A stretch of 64,000 nt of DNA, from contig SVIS01000001.1 in NCBI GenBank assembly GCA_015069385.1, positions 17,127-81,126 of the forward strand. Direction: 5' to 3'. The DNA comes from Clostridiales bacterium. Lineage in GTDB: Bacteria > Bacillota > Clostridia > Christensenellales > UBA1242. Positions 55,655 through 64,000 of the stretch are shown piece by piece (within the stretch, counting starts at the first letter, position 1; each line of letters begins with the position of its first letter). The notes under the pieces are model-generated. The model did not search any database. It had not been told where the DNA came from and saw nothing but the letters and a program-made list of their open reading frames with translations. A program made the translations under genes and the position numbers.

Positions 55655-56815
55655 TTACCAATTAGAAATTACATTTCGTATATTATCAATATAAGAAAGC
55701 GGAACTATATCTTCTTTAACAGTCAAATTTATAATCTTTATAACATTACCTTCTTTAGAAATAATTACTTCTCCTATCTTTTCCCCCGCACTACAATGAG
55801 TAATTTCATCTGGAAGTTGGTATGAAACTTCATAATTAGACGTCTTTCCTTTTTTATCAAAAGCGAAAAAATCTTCTGTAGCAACAATCTCTGCAACTTT
55901 TTGTTTACATCTTTTTGTACCAATTTCTTTAAGCACAATGTCTTTATTAATTAGTTGTTTGTTTTGATAATTAGCAAAACCATAATTAAATAAATTAGTT
56001 GTTTCTTTAAAGCGGTCATTGCCCGTTTTTGCGCCTATAATTACAGAGATTAATCGCATATTATTTTTACAAGCAGATGCTGTTAAACAATAACCAGCTT
56101 CACTAGTGGATCCAGTTTTTCCAGAATCACAACCATCATAATATCTTATTAATTTGTTTGTATTTACTAATTCGGTTTTTCTACCAGAAGGATGTATAAG
56201 ATTATCCATCCAAATTGTACTATATTTTTTATATTCGTTATATTTTAAAATATTTGACAATAAAATTGCACAATCTTCTGCCGTAGAATATTGTTCCGGC
56301 GCAGGAAGTCCAGTTGAATTACAATATAAAGTATTTTTCATTCCTAAATTTTTAGCAGTTGAATTCATTAAATCAACAAAAGAACTTTCACTACCACAAA
56401 TACCTTCTGCTAGAGCTACGCTTGCATCATTTGCTGATGCCATAATTACACTTTTTAATAAATCTTCTACTGAATAATTCACAAATGGATCAATGAAAAC
56501 CTGTGATCCACCCATACTAGATGAATTTTCTGTAGTAGTAAATTCTTGATTTAAACTTATTTTTCCAGATTCTAAACCATTTAAAGTTATGTATATAGTC
56601 ATTAATTTTACCATACTCGCAATAGGTAATTTTTTATCCTTCTCTTTTTCAAAAATTATTGTGCCAGAATTATAGTCTATAAGTAGTGCAGATTTTGCTG
56701 TGGTAATAATTTGAGATTCGGCAAGCAATAATGGTTTATTTTGCATAATACCACAAAATGTAGATAATAGTATTGTAAGCATAATACCATAAATTGACAT
56801 TTTAAACTTTTTCAT
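55655..56815 (-). CDS. D-alanyl-D-alanine carboxypeptidase (S11), DacA/DacF-like
   Basis: 386 aa with a signal peptide. Contains the SxxK (ASMVKLMT), SxN (SANDA) and KTG (GKTGST) motifs. Confidence 0.88.
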   Translation of the reverse strand: MKKFKMSIYGIMLTILLSTFCGIMQNKPLLLAESQIITTAKSALLIDYNSGTIIFEKEKDKKLPIASMVKLMTIYITLNGLESGKISLNQEFTTTENSSSMGGSQVFIDPFVNYSVEDLLKSVIMASANDASVALAEGICGSESSFVDLMNSTAKNLGMKNTLYCNSTGLPAPEQYSTAEDCAILLSNILKYNEYKKYSTIWMDNLIHPSGRKTELVNTNKLIRYYDGCDSGKTGSTSEAGYCLTASACKNNMRLISVIIGAKTGNDRFKETTNLFNYGFANYQNKQLINKDIVLKEIGTKRCKQKVAEIVATEDFFAFDKKGKTSNYEVSYQLPDEITHCSAGEKIGEVIISKEGNVIKIINLTVKEDIVPLSYIDNIRNVISNW

Positions 56816-56880
56816 ATTTAGTTTCTCCCTTTAAAAGTATTGTTTACTAAATATAAAAAAATATTACAAATTTTAAAAAC

Positions 56881-57501
56881 TTACATAATCAATATCGTTG
56901 TAGGTTTAAAAATAATCAATAATCCCCCTTCTAACAAATTAGCAATTAATAATACAATTGAAAAAATCAATATTTTTTTAAAATGAGAGTTATCTATAAA
57001 ACCACACCTTTTCTTTTCTTTTTTCACATTTAAAAATATCATAAATATTACACATTGCAGCATTAAACTAAGCAATTGACATGGCAATATTATTATAAGA
57101 CACCCAATAATACCACCCAAACCAATACTTATAATAACAAAAGTACAATTCAATGTTATCAAAAATGCCCTATATATTAAAAGCATATATCCAAATAATG
57201 ATAAAAAACCATTTAATGAGAAAATAAATAATAAACCTACCATCACAACAGATGATAACATTCTCAACAAACAATGCCTAAAAGTATAAATTGAACCATC
57301 GATTATGGAGTACATACTAAATTTCTCTAACTCTATATCATTATCTAAGTTATATAATTTTATAGAAGTAAAAATACCAGTTAACAACGCCACAATCAAA
57401 AATAATCCCAAAATAATGATTAATATTTTGTTTTTATTATAAAATTCTAAACAAGCATATTTTAAATTTAAAAGTCGGCTTTCTTTATTATAATTAATCA
57501 T
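56881..57501 (-). CDS. spoIIM: Stage II sporulation protein M
   Basis: 206 aa with 5 TM helices. Its size, topology and position next to spoIVB fit SpoIIM. The sequence motifs are weak. Confidence 0.65.
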   Translation of the reverse strand: MINYNKESRLLNLKYACLEFYNKNKILIIILGLFLIVALLTGIFTSIKLYNLDNDIELEKFSMYSIIDGSIYTFRHCLLRMLSSVVMVGLLFIFSLNGFLSLFGYMLLIYRAFLITLNCTFVIISIGLGGIIGCLIIILPCQLLSLMLQCVIFMIFLNVKKEKKRCGFIDNSHFKKILIFSIVLLIANLLEGGLLIIFKPTTILIM

Positions 57502-57528
57502 ATCATATTATATGAACATTTTATATAA

Positions 57529-58737
57529 TTATGCCGCTTGCTCAAGCATCCAATCAATATACACACCATACCCCTTTGTTGCATCATTAAGAAATACGTG
57601 TGTTACAGCCCCAATTATTTTACCATTTTGCAATATAGGAGAACCACTCATACCCTGCACAATTCCACCTGTAAGATCTATCAATCTCGAATCTATAACT
57701 CTAAAAACAAAACTTTTATCACTAGATTTTGGTTGAAAATTCGCCTTAATTATTTCTATATCATATTCTTCCCTTATTCCACTAACCGAACTAATTATTT
57801 TTGCCCTTCCTAATTTTACCAACATCCTATTTCCAACCGGAGCAATTAAATTTGAATCAATCAAACTTTGCACATCTTCACTTATTCCAAACACACCACA
57901 TTTTGTATTTTTCAAAATATCACCATTAGGTTCTTTAGTTTGCGAAAATAAACACCTAATCTCACCAGTCTTTCCCTTTTCCGCTTTATTTATTCCAACC
58001 AAATTGCATAAATAAACACCACCATCTTGCACCGGAATTTCCACACCAGTTTCATAGTCACAAATACTATGTCCAAGTGCACCAAATTTACCATCTTTTG
58101 TAACAAATGTTAATGTGCCTATACCCTGTGCATCATCTCGAACCCAAAGCCCAATTTTATACTCCTGATTAATCTCATCATACTGTGGCAAAACAACAAT
58201 CTCTCGTTCTTCGCCTTTTCGAATAATACTCACACTTAACGGTTCGTTAGTCACACCCTCCAGCATACTATATATATCATTAGGCTTTTCTATTTTTTGA
58301 TTATTAATTTTAGTTATAATATCACCAGTTTTAAAAGGTGATTTCGCCTTACTATTTCCTGATACCCTATTTTCACCAACAACAATAAGACCTTTAGTAT
58401 TTATTGAAAACCCAAGCGGTATTCCCCCCAAATATACCTCCTTATCATCTTCTATAACAGCATCAACCCTTTTTATTGGTATTATACCAAACAACTTTAT
58501 TAACAAACTGGTATTATGCCTCCGCTCACCGCCAACAGTAAAAATATTCTCGCTTAATTCGGCTGTAGCATATCTTCCAAAAGTGCTTTCTTGATTTAAT
58601 GAATTTAAATCCTCTAGTGTCATACGAACGCTATTTGGCAAATCAAAAATTGCAGAATAATTAATATTGATACACAACAAAACAAATCCAAAAGCAAACA
58701 TTATTCCAAAAATTTTTAAAAATATTTTTTTTAACAT
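57529..58737 (-). CDS. spoIVB: SpoIVB signalling serine peptidase (S55)
   Basis: 402 aa. An N-terminal TM helix and a PDZ region (GDIITKINNQKI) are followed by the peptidase domain with GTLTF...GALGH and GIVQGMSGSPI. Confidence 0.9.
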   Translation of the reverse strand: MLKKIFLKIFGIMFAFGFVLLCININYSAIFDLPNSVRMTLEDLNSLNQESTFGRYATAELSENIFTVGGERRHNTSLLIKLFGIIPIKRVDAVIEDDKEVYLGGIPLGFSINTKGLIVVGENRVSGNSKAKSPFKTGDIITKINNQKIEKPNDIYSMLEGVTNEPLSVSIIRKGEEREIVVLPQYDEINQEYKIGLWVRDDAQGIGTLTFVTKDGKFGALGHSICDYETGVEIPVQDGGVYLCNLVGINKAEKGKTGEIRCLFSQTKEPNGDILKNTKCGVFGISEDVQSLIDSNLIAPVGNRMLVKLGRAKIISSVSGIREEYDIEIIKANFQPKSSDKSFVFRVIDSRLIDLTGGIVQGMSGSPILQNGKIIGAVTHVFLNDATKGYGVYIDWMLEQAA

Positions 58738-58747
58738 ACATACACCT

Positions 58748-58775
58748 TAAAAAAGACTATCATGTGATAGTCTTT
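58748..58775 (-). terminator. Intrinsic terminator after recN
   Basis: Hairpin AGACTATCA / TGATAGTCT with a T-run on the minus strand. Confidence 0.7.
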
Positions 58776-58803
58776 GTAAATATTTACATTTTATACTCTT
58801 AAA

Positions 58804-60483
58804 TTAGTTAACTTTAAAAGCATTTGCTTTAGTTTTAAGTTCTTCAGCAAATTGCATTGCAACTTCCGTTGGCTGAGCCCCAGATGATATGGCTAAATAT
58901 TTTATTATTTCATTATCTTGCAAGTAAGATATCTTTGTAAATGTTTTGTCAGATACTACTTCTTTTGAAACATAAATGTAATTATCCGCCATAGCAGCAA
59001 CCTGACATAAATGTGTAATACAAATTAATTGACAACTTTTAGAAAGAACCGCTAAACGCTCAGCAACCTTTTGACCTATTTCACCACTAATTCCGGTATC
59101 CACCTCATCAAAAACTAAAGTTGATGTTTTAAAACATCTTGCAAAAACATTTTTAATTGCCAACATAAACCTGCTCATTTCTCCACCAGAAATTGTTTTA
59201 GATAAACTTTTAAGCCCCTCACCAGCATTTGCTGAAAGCAAAAATTCTATTTCATCTAAACCATCTTTAGTAAACAATGCTAATTCTTTTTCAGGAAGAG
59301 GTTTAAAGTCTACTTTAAAAATAGCATTTTTAAACCCTAACAATTTTAATTCTTTAATTACCTCTATCTCTACTTTTTTTGCAACCTCACGCCTAATATT
59401 AGATAAATTTTGACTTTCTTGGTATAAACAAAAACCTATTTTCTCATATTCTTCAGAAAGTTTGATCAATTTTTCTTCACCAAAAAGTAAATTATCGTAG
59501 TCGTTTTTAATTTTAGTTAAATATAATAATATCTCTTCAATAGTAGCACCATATTTTTTCTTTAAAGACTTTATTTCATCTTCTCTTGCCATCAACACAT
59601 CTAGTTCACTTTGATCAAAATCACTATTAGATAAAACAGAATTAACAGATTCCGCAATATCATACAAATCAATTTTAACCGAATTAAGCCTATCATTTAA
59701 TTCTTTAACTTCAGAGTTAAACCTAGCCGCTACCGAAAGAGCACTCTCAACAATATTAACACCATTTTCTATTGTATCAAATTCACTTTGAGCATTTTTT
59801 AAACTATCGAAAATTTTTTCATAGTTTACAAGCACACTTATTTTATTTTTTAATTCATCATCTTCACCCAAATAAAGATTAGCCGTTTCAATATCATTAA
59901 TTTGATAAGATAAAAGTTCAAGTTCACGTTCTCTATTTTGCCTATTGCCACCAAAATCAGCCATTTGCTGTTTTATATTTTTATATTGTTGCAACAATTC
60001 ATTAATTTTATTCTTAGACTCAAGAACATTTACAGCAGCATAAGAATCTAAAATAGACAAATGATTTTTTATTTTAAGAAGTTGTATATTTTCATTTTGA
60101 CCACACGTGTCAACCATATAAGAAGCCAAAGTTTTAACAATAGATGCTGGCACTATTGTTCCGTTTATACGACTCTCTGTTTTACCATCAACATTTTGAG
60201 TTCTAGTAATAATTAAGGATTCATCAACTTCAATTCCGCTATCTTCGAGCAATGTATCAATCTCTGGCATAGAGTCATCAAAAATAGCCTGCACCATTAA
60301 TTTACTTTCACCATTTCGAAGGTTTAACTTATTTGCTTTATCTCCCAAAACAAAAGACAAAGCATCCAAAATAAGGCTTTTACCAGCACCAGTTTCACCA
60401 ACCAGAACATTAAAGCCTTCAGAAAAGTCTATAGTTTGCTCAGCAATTAAAGCAAAATTCTTTATTTTTAAAGTACGTAACAT
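58804..60483 (-). CDS. recN: DNA repair protein RecN
   Basis: 559 aa. Contains Walker A GETGAGKS, a long coiled coil, the signature SGGEMSR and Walker B LVFDEVD. Confidence 0.95.
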   Translation of the reverse strand: MLRTLKIKNFALIAEQTIDFSEGFNVLVGETGAGKSLILDALSFVLGDKANKLNLRNGESKLMVQAIFDDSMPEIDTLLEDSGIEVDESLIITRTQNVDGKTESRINGTIVPASIVKTLASYMVDTCGQNENIQLLKIKNHLSILDSYAAVNVLESKNKINELLQQYKNIKQQMADFGGNRQNRERELELLSYQINDIETANLYLGEDDELKNKISVLVNYEKIFDSLKNAQSEFDTIENGVNIVESALSVAARFNSEVKELNDRLNSVKIDLYDIAESVNSVLSNSDFDQSELDVLMAREDEIKSLKKKYGATIEEILLYLTKIKNDYDNLLFGEEKLIKLSEEYEKIGFCLYQESQNLSNIRREVAKKVEIEVIKELKLLGFKNAIFKVDFKPLPEKELALFTKDGLDEIEFLLSANAGEGLKSLSKTISGGEMSRFMLAIKNVFARCFKTSTLVFDEVDTGISGEIGQKVAERLAVLSKSCQLICITHLCQVAAMADNYIYVSKEVVSDKTFTKISYLQDNEIIKYLAISSGAQPTEVAMQFAEELKTKANAFKVN

Positions 60484-60486
60484 ATT

Positions 60487-60939
60487 TTAACCCAAAATTT
60501 CAATTATTGTATTCATTGCCTCAATAGCCCTAAATTCATCAGGAAAGTACACAACAACAGAATCGTCCCCACAAGAAGAGCCAAGAACCTCAACTAAATT
60601 TAACTTATCTATCAAAGAACAAATTCCGCAAGCAAATTGTTTAATTGTTTTAATAATACAAACATTTGAAACTGCCTTAACAGATATAACACACATTTTA
60701 AATAAATTTACATTTTTATTGCTAACACCTTGCTCGCCAGAATCAACCAAAGCATATTTATAACGCCCCTCAGATCCAAGAACTTTTATTAAACCCAGCT
60801 CTTTAATATCACGAGAAATTGTTGCCTGAGTTACGTCAAAATTAGCACTTCTAAGCTGTGCTACTAAATCATCTTGAGTTTCAACCTCTTTAGTTGAAAT
60901 AATCTCTAATATTTTTGATTGCCTTAACGAACGTGCCAA
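60487..60939 (-). CDS. argR: Arginine repressor ArgR/AhrC
   Basis: About 150 aa. Contains RQSKILEIISTKEVETQDDLV...VTQATISRDIKELGLIKV and the C-terminal hexamerisation domain GDDSVVV. The TTG start at 60939 has the RBS AGGAGG 5 nt upstream; the ORF-track start at 61044 lies in the leader. Confidence 0.9.
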   Translation of the reverse strand: MARSLRQSKILEIISTKEVETQDDLVAQLRSANFDVTQATISRDIKELGLIKVLGSEGRYKYALVDSGEQGVSNKNVNLFKMCVISVKAVSNVCIIKTIKQFACGICSLIDKLNLVEVLGSSCGDDSVVVYFPDEFRAIEAMNTIIEILG

Positions 60940-61035
60940 CTTTTCCTCCTGTAAACACCTCACCCCCTTTATTTTAAAGGGATTGGAGCATTTGTGAATA
61001 ATTATAAATTCATAATTATTCATACTTTTTTGAAT

Positions 61036-61086
61036 ATTATACAATACAATTTATAATTATGCAAGTGTTTTATGCATATTTATTCA
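61036..61086 (-). promoter_or_regulatory. argR promoter with two ARG-box-like operators
   Basis: Minus strand: TGAATAAATATGCA (61086-61073) and TGCATAATTATAAA (61063-61050). The promoter TTGCAT (61064-61059), 17 nt, TATAAT (61041-61036) overlaps the second box. Confidence 0.5.
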
Positions 61087-61171
61087 CCCGTTTTTTATTA
61101 AAATTTAACCTTTTGCATTTTTATCAAAATGAAATTTATAAATATAAATACGTTATACATAGTTATAGATC

Positions 61172-61210
61172 AAACAAAAAAAGAAGTCCCTGTTCAACAA
61201 GACTTCTTTT
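61172..61210 (-). terminator. Intrinsic terminator after the oapA-like gene
   Basis: Hairpin AAGAAGTC / GACTTCTT with a T-run on the minus strand, directly after the stop codon. Confidence 0.7.
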
Positions 61211-61211
61211 T

Positions 61212-61811
61212 TTATTTTATTTTTTTGTTTTTATCAATAGATTTTTGCTTTGTAAACAAACTTAAAAACTTACCCACTTTTAAAATAATAGAATTACAAT
61301 TTTCCATTGCCTTACGCTTTCCTAGCGCTTTACCAAATATAGTTACACCCGCAATTAATGCCGTTATTAACGAAGCAACCAAAATTGTCAAATTTGCATT
61401 TTGAAAATCTATTGTAATTTTTGCCACAATACTTGCACCCGCTGCACCACTTAAAATTCCGCACACATCACCTAAAACGTCTGCACAAAGCGATGCTACC
61501 TTATCCGCATTGCGAATAAGCATTAACCCCTCCTTTGCACCCCTAATCTTTTTAGAACTCATTGCCATAAAAGGCTCTTTTGTACACGCGGTCACCGCCA
61601 CACCAATCATATCTGTAATAATCGCTATAAGAACAAATACAACTATCACAATTATTGCAACAATTATTCCAGTTGCCCCCATTAAAAATTCAGACAAAAT
61701 ACTAAAACTTAATGACAACGCAACTGCCATCACAAATATTTTTAATGGCCAATAATTAGTAGAGTTTTGCTTTTTTACTTTTTTATTTTTCCGCTTGGGT
61801 ACTTCTTCCAT
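61212..61811 (-). CDS. Small 4-TM membrane protein with Lys/Arg-rich N- and C-termini; candidate OLE-associated protein OapA
   Basis: 199 aa. The N-terminus is MEEVPKRKNKKVKKQ, four hydrophobic helices follow, and the C-terminus is GKRKAMEN...KQKSIDKNKKIK. It lies immediately downstream of the ~610-nt structured-RNA candidate and upstream of argR-recN. Confidence 0.55.
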   Translation of the reverse strand: MEEVPKRKNKKVKKQNSTNYWPLKIFVMAVALSLSFSILSEFLMGATGIIVAIIVIVVFVLIAIITDMIGVAVTACTKEPFMAMSSKKIRGAKEGLMLIRNADKVASLCADVLGDVCGILSGAAGASIVAKITIDFQNANLTILVASLITALIAGVTIFGKALGKRKAMENCNSIILKVGKFLSLFTKQKSIDKNKKIK

Positions 61812-61867
61812 AACTTCCCTTTTTTATTTATTATATGTTTTTTATATTTACTTAATTACAATATATA

Positions 61868-62479
61868 ATTAAAAAGTAAAGCATACTTTACTTTTTTTAA
61901 ATCATATTGAGAAGGCAATATTTTAAGTAAACCTTGCGACATAGGTTCGGTTGGATTTCCCACTTACAAGACTTTTCGTCACCAAAAAGCAGTTTCCTTT
62001 TAACTATAAGCAATCACCGAATCGCCACTAAGAACGCACTATAATCCCTAAAATATCTGATATATTTTTTATATCAACAGCCTAGAGGTTTTCCCAAGCA
62101 CCATAGTTTGACCTTAGCCTATTTTGCAAATGTTGTTTCAATAATATAGCCTATTTATACTAAGCGCTTAAAGCATAAATAAACTTTAAAACACTATATC
62201 CCCAAACACTCACTCAAGGCAGGCTACGCTGCACACAATGTTTGTCGTATGCAGGTTCATGCCTAAGTAGTAAAAACAATTTCAGTTTTCACCAAGATAG
62301 GTCTCCGCGATAATTGGGTTTAAACTGTATGCCATTACAGCCCTCCCAAAAATCTTAACTCTCAGCATCTACCCCAGTTTGGGCAACCAAAGCAAACACC
62401 AAAAACTTCACAGGTGTGCCCGTCGGCGCTATTAAATCGCCTTCCAGCCAAATTTTGATGACTAGGATACTGCACCTTC
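61868..62479 (-). ncRNA. Large (~610 nt) structured non-coding RNA candidate, most consistent with OLE RNA
   Basis: The 736-bp gap between proS and the oapA-like gene contains no ORF and is visibly more GC-rich than its neighbours. The candidate has its own promoter (62514-62486) and a terminal hairpin AGTAAAG/CTTTACT plus T-run (61899-61868). It contains many local stems. The synteny RNA - small membrane protein - argR - recN - spoIVB is as described for OLE loci. Confidence 0.6.
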
Positions 62480-62485
62480 ATAAAT

Positions 62486-62514
62486 ATATTAACATAAATA
62501 TATAAAAAAATCAA
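62486..62514 (-). promoter_or_regulatory. Promoter of the large ncRNA candidate
   Basis: Minus strand: TTGATT (62514-62509), 17 nt, TAATAT (62491-62486). The predicted start is near 62479. Confidence 0.55.
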
Positions 62515-62534
62515 GAAGTTCACCACTTCTTGAC
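62503..62534 (-). terminator. Intrinsic terminator after proS
   Basis: Hairpin TCAAGAAGT / ACTTCTTGA with T7 on the minus strand. Confidence 0.8.
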
Positions 62535-62547
62535 ATTTAATATTAAA

Positions 62548-64000
62548 TTAAAACTTTTGCTCATTAATATATTTAATCAAATATGAAACAATTTCATCAT
62601 ATTTAACCATTTTCTTTTCACCAGTTGACCTAAACGCAACCTCTACTTCACCACTCGACAAACTTCTTGGGCTTACAACAACTCTTACCGGAATCCCCAT
62701 AAGTTCACTGTCAGCAAATTTTACGCCAGCAGAAACATTATCCCTATCATCAAAAAGAACATCAACTCCCTTGTTTTTAAGTTCCAAATAAAGACTATTA
62801 GCCTTATCACAAACTACTTCATCATCAATACGAAGTGGGCAAATAACAACTTCCCATGGGGCAACATTCATATTCCAAATAAGACCCTTTTCGTCCGAAC
62901 CCTCCTCAGCAATACAAGCCAAATTGCGACCAACCCCAATACCATAACAACCCATAATTGGATTTATCTCTTCACCATTTTGTGCATGAACAGTCATATT
63001 CATTGGTTTTGTATATTTAGTACCAAGTTGAAAAATATTACCAATTTCAACACCGCGAGAAATTTTTAACACACCTTTACCACATTCAACACAAATTTCT
63101 CCATCTTTTACTTTAGAAATATCATGAAACTCAACTCCAACTAAATCACGAGAAATGTTTAATCCCTTAATATGATATTCTTCTTTATTAGCACCACAAA
63201 TAAGATTGTTTTCATCTTTTAAGGATTCATCATAAACAATAATAAGGTTATCGTTATTTAAATTTAATGGTCCAATATTACCTTTTACTAATATAGAATT
63301 ATCTAAATCTTTAGGTGCTACATCTCTTCCAATTAAGGCTTTAAGTTTTGCCTCATTAACCTCTAAGTCGCCACGCACAAAAGCAAGTAAAGATTTTTCC
63401 TGCTCACCCTCCATGGCATAACATACCGCTTTACATGTTTGATTTGGCTGTATATTAAAGAATTGACAAATTTCATCAATAGATTTTGCATTACCAGTAT
63501 ATACTTCCTCTAATGGTTGTTCGTTATTAAATGATTTGTCTAAAATTCCCTTAGCAACCTCCACATTAGCCCTATAAGAACACTCAGGACAAATTGCAAT
63601 ACTATCCTCACCAATATCAGTTAACAACATATATTCATGAGCAATTTTACCACCCATCATTCCAGAGTCACTTGCAACAGAGATTACATTTTTCAAACCC
63701 AACCTATTGTATATATTAAAGTATGCATCATACACTTTGTTGTAGTATTCTTCCAAATCTTTTTGACTTGCATGAAAAGAATAGGCATCTTTCATTGTAA
63801 ACTCTCTTACTCTAATTAAACCAGCACGAGACCTTGCCTCATCTCTAAATTTTGTTTGTATTTGATAAATCATAAATGGTAATTGCTCATATGATTTCAC
63901 CAAATTTCTTGCTAAATGAACAGCCGCCTCCTCATGAGTCATGCCAAGTAACATATCATGACCAGACCTATCTTTAAATCTAACCATTTCAGAACCAATC
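62548..64000 (-). CDS. proS: Proline--tRNA ligase (bacterial type with INS editing domain); the 5' end lies outside the window
   Basis: The frame is open to the window edge. Contains class II motif 2 (FRDEARSRAGLIRVREFTMKDAYSF), the editing-domain region, motif 3 (GCYGIGVGR) and the anticodon-binding domain. Confidence 0.95.
   Translation of the reverse strand, partial: IGSEMVRFKDRSGHDMLLGMTHEEAAVHLARNLVKSYEQLPFMIYQIQTKFRDEARSRAGLIRVREFTMKDAYSFHASQKDLEEYYNKVYDAYFNIYNRLGLKNVISVASDSGMMGGKIAHEYMLLTDIGEDSIAICPECSYRANVEVAKGILDKSFNNEQPLEEVYTGNAKSIDEICQFFNIQPNQTCKAVCYAMEGEQEKSLLAFVRGDLEVNEAKLKALIGRDVAPKDLDNSILVKGNIGPLNLNNDNLIIVYDESLKDENNLICGANKEEYHIKGLNISRDLVGVEFHDISKVKDGEICVECGKGVLKISRGVEIGNIFQLGTKYTKPMNMTVHAQNGEEINPIMGCYGIGVGRNLACIAEEGSDEKGLIWNMNVAPWEVVICPLRIDDEVVCDKANSLYLELKNKGVDVLFDDRDNVSAGVKFADSELMGIPVRVVVSPRSLSSGEVEVAFRSTGEKKMVKYDEIVSYLIKYINEQKF

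Noticed and set aside
61059-61404. ORFs at 61059-61265 and 61129-61404 (+) in and around the argR / oapA-like intergenic region.
   Set aside because: Their translations are low-complexity and Phe/Leu-rich, and neither has an RBS. They overlap the terminator, the ARG-box promoter and the oapA-like coding sequence on the opposite strand.
61868-62479. RNase P RNA, tmRNA, a group II intron or rRNA as the identity of the large non-coding region.
   Set aside because: The region has no GGAAAGTCC-type RNase P core. It has no tRNA-like GGGG...TCCACCA ends and no tag ORF for tmRNA. It has no GTGCG 5' end or domain V-like hairpin in a sensible position and no intron-encoded ORF. Its size and gene neighbourhood fit OLE better.

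Overview
The window is strongly AT-rich chromosomal DNA from an endospore-forming Firmicute that looks Clostridia-like. Sporulation genes present are spoIIAA-spoIIAB-sigF, spoVAC/D/E, yunB, spoIIM, spoIVB, ytfI/ytfJ and dacB/dacF-type carboxypeptidases. Most of the window is conserved housekeeping and sporulation genes. On the + strand these run pnp, ftsK, rimO, pgsA, cinA-like, recA, miaB, mutS, mutL, miaA, nifS-thiI and rny. On the - strand are lexA, pheST with a Phe T-box leader, and a long block running proS through argR, recN, spoIVB, spoIIM, scpAB, cmk and plsC to an S1-domain protein. There are seven tRNAs: a six-gene cluster plus one tRNA-Thr. Three things stand out. (1) A roughly 610-nt ORF-free region, visibly more GC-rich than its surroundings, lies between proS and a small basic-tailed 4-TM protein upstream of argR-recN-spoIVB. 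It has its own promoter and terminator. Its size and gene neighbourhood fit the OLE RNA / OapA ribonucleoprotein locus. (2) Gene orientation switches from mostly + to exclusively - at about 43-45 kb, the pattern expected at a replication terminus. (3) At that switch sits a single XerS-like tyrosine recombinase. Its promoter contains a dif-like site, and a second, perfectly palindromic 14-6-14 copy lies 1 kb away. The two copies share a 17-bp direct repeat and bracket one orphan nucleotidyltransferase-like gene, which suggests a minimal Xer-exploiting (IMEX-like) insertion. Smaller observations include an ORF interrupted by one in-frame TGA, a MiaB lacking its TRAM domain, tandem consensus Spo0A boxes, LexA and ArgR operators, a membrane-anchored PadR fusion and a Tyr/Gly/Met-rich lipoprotein. 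All functional calls come from reading the translated ORFs and motifs by eye; no database search was run.
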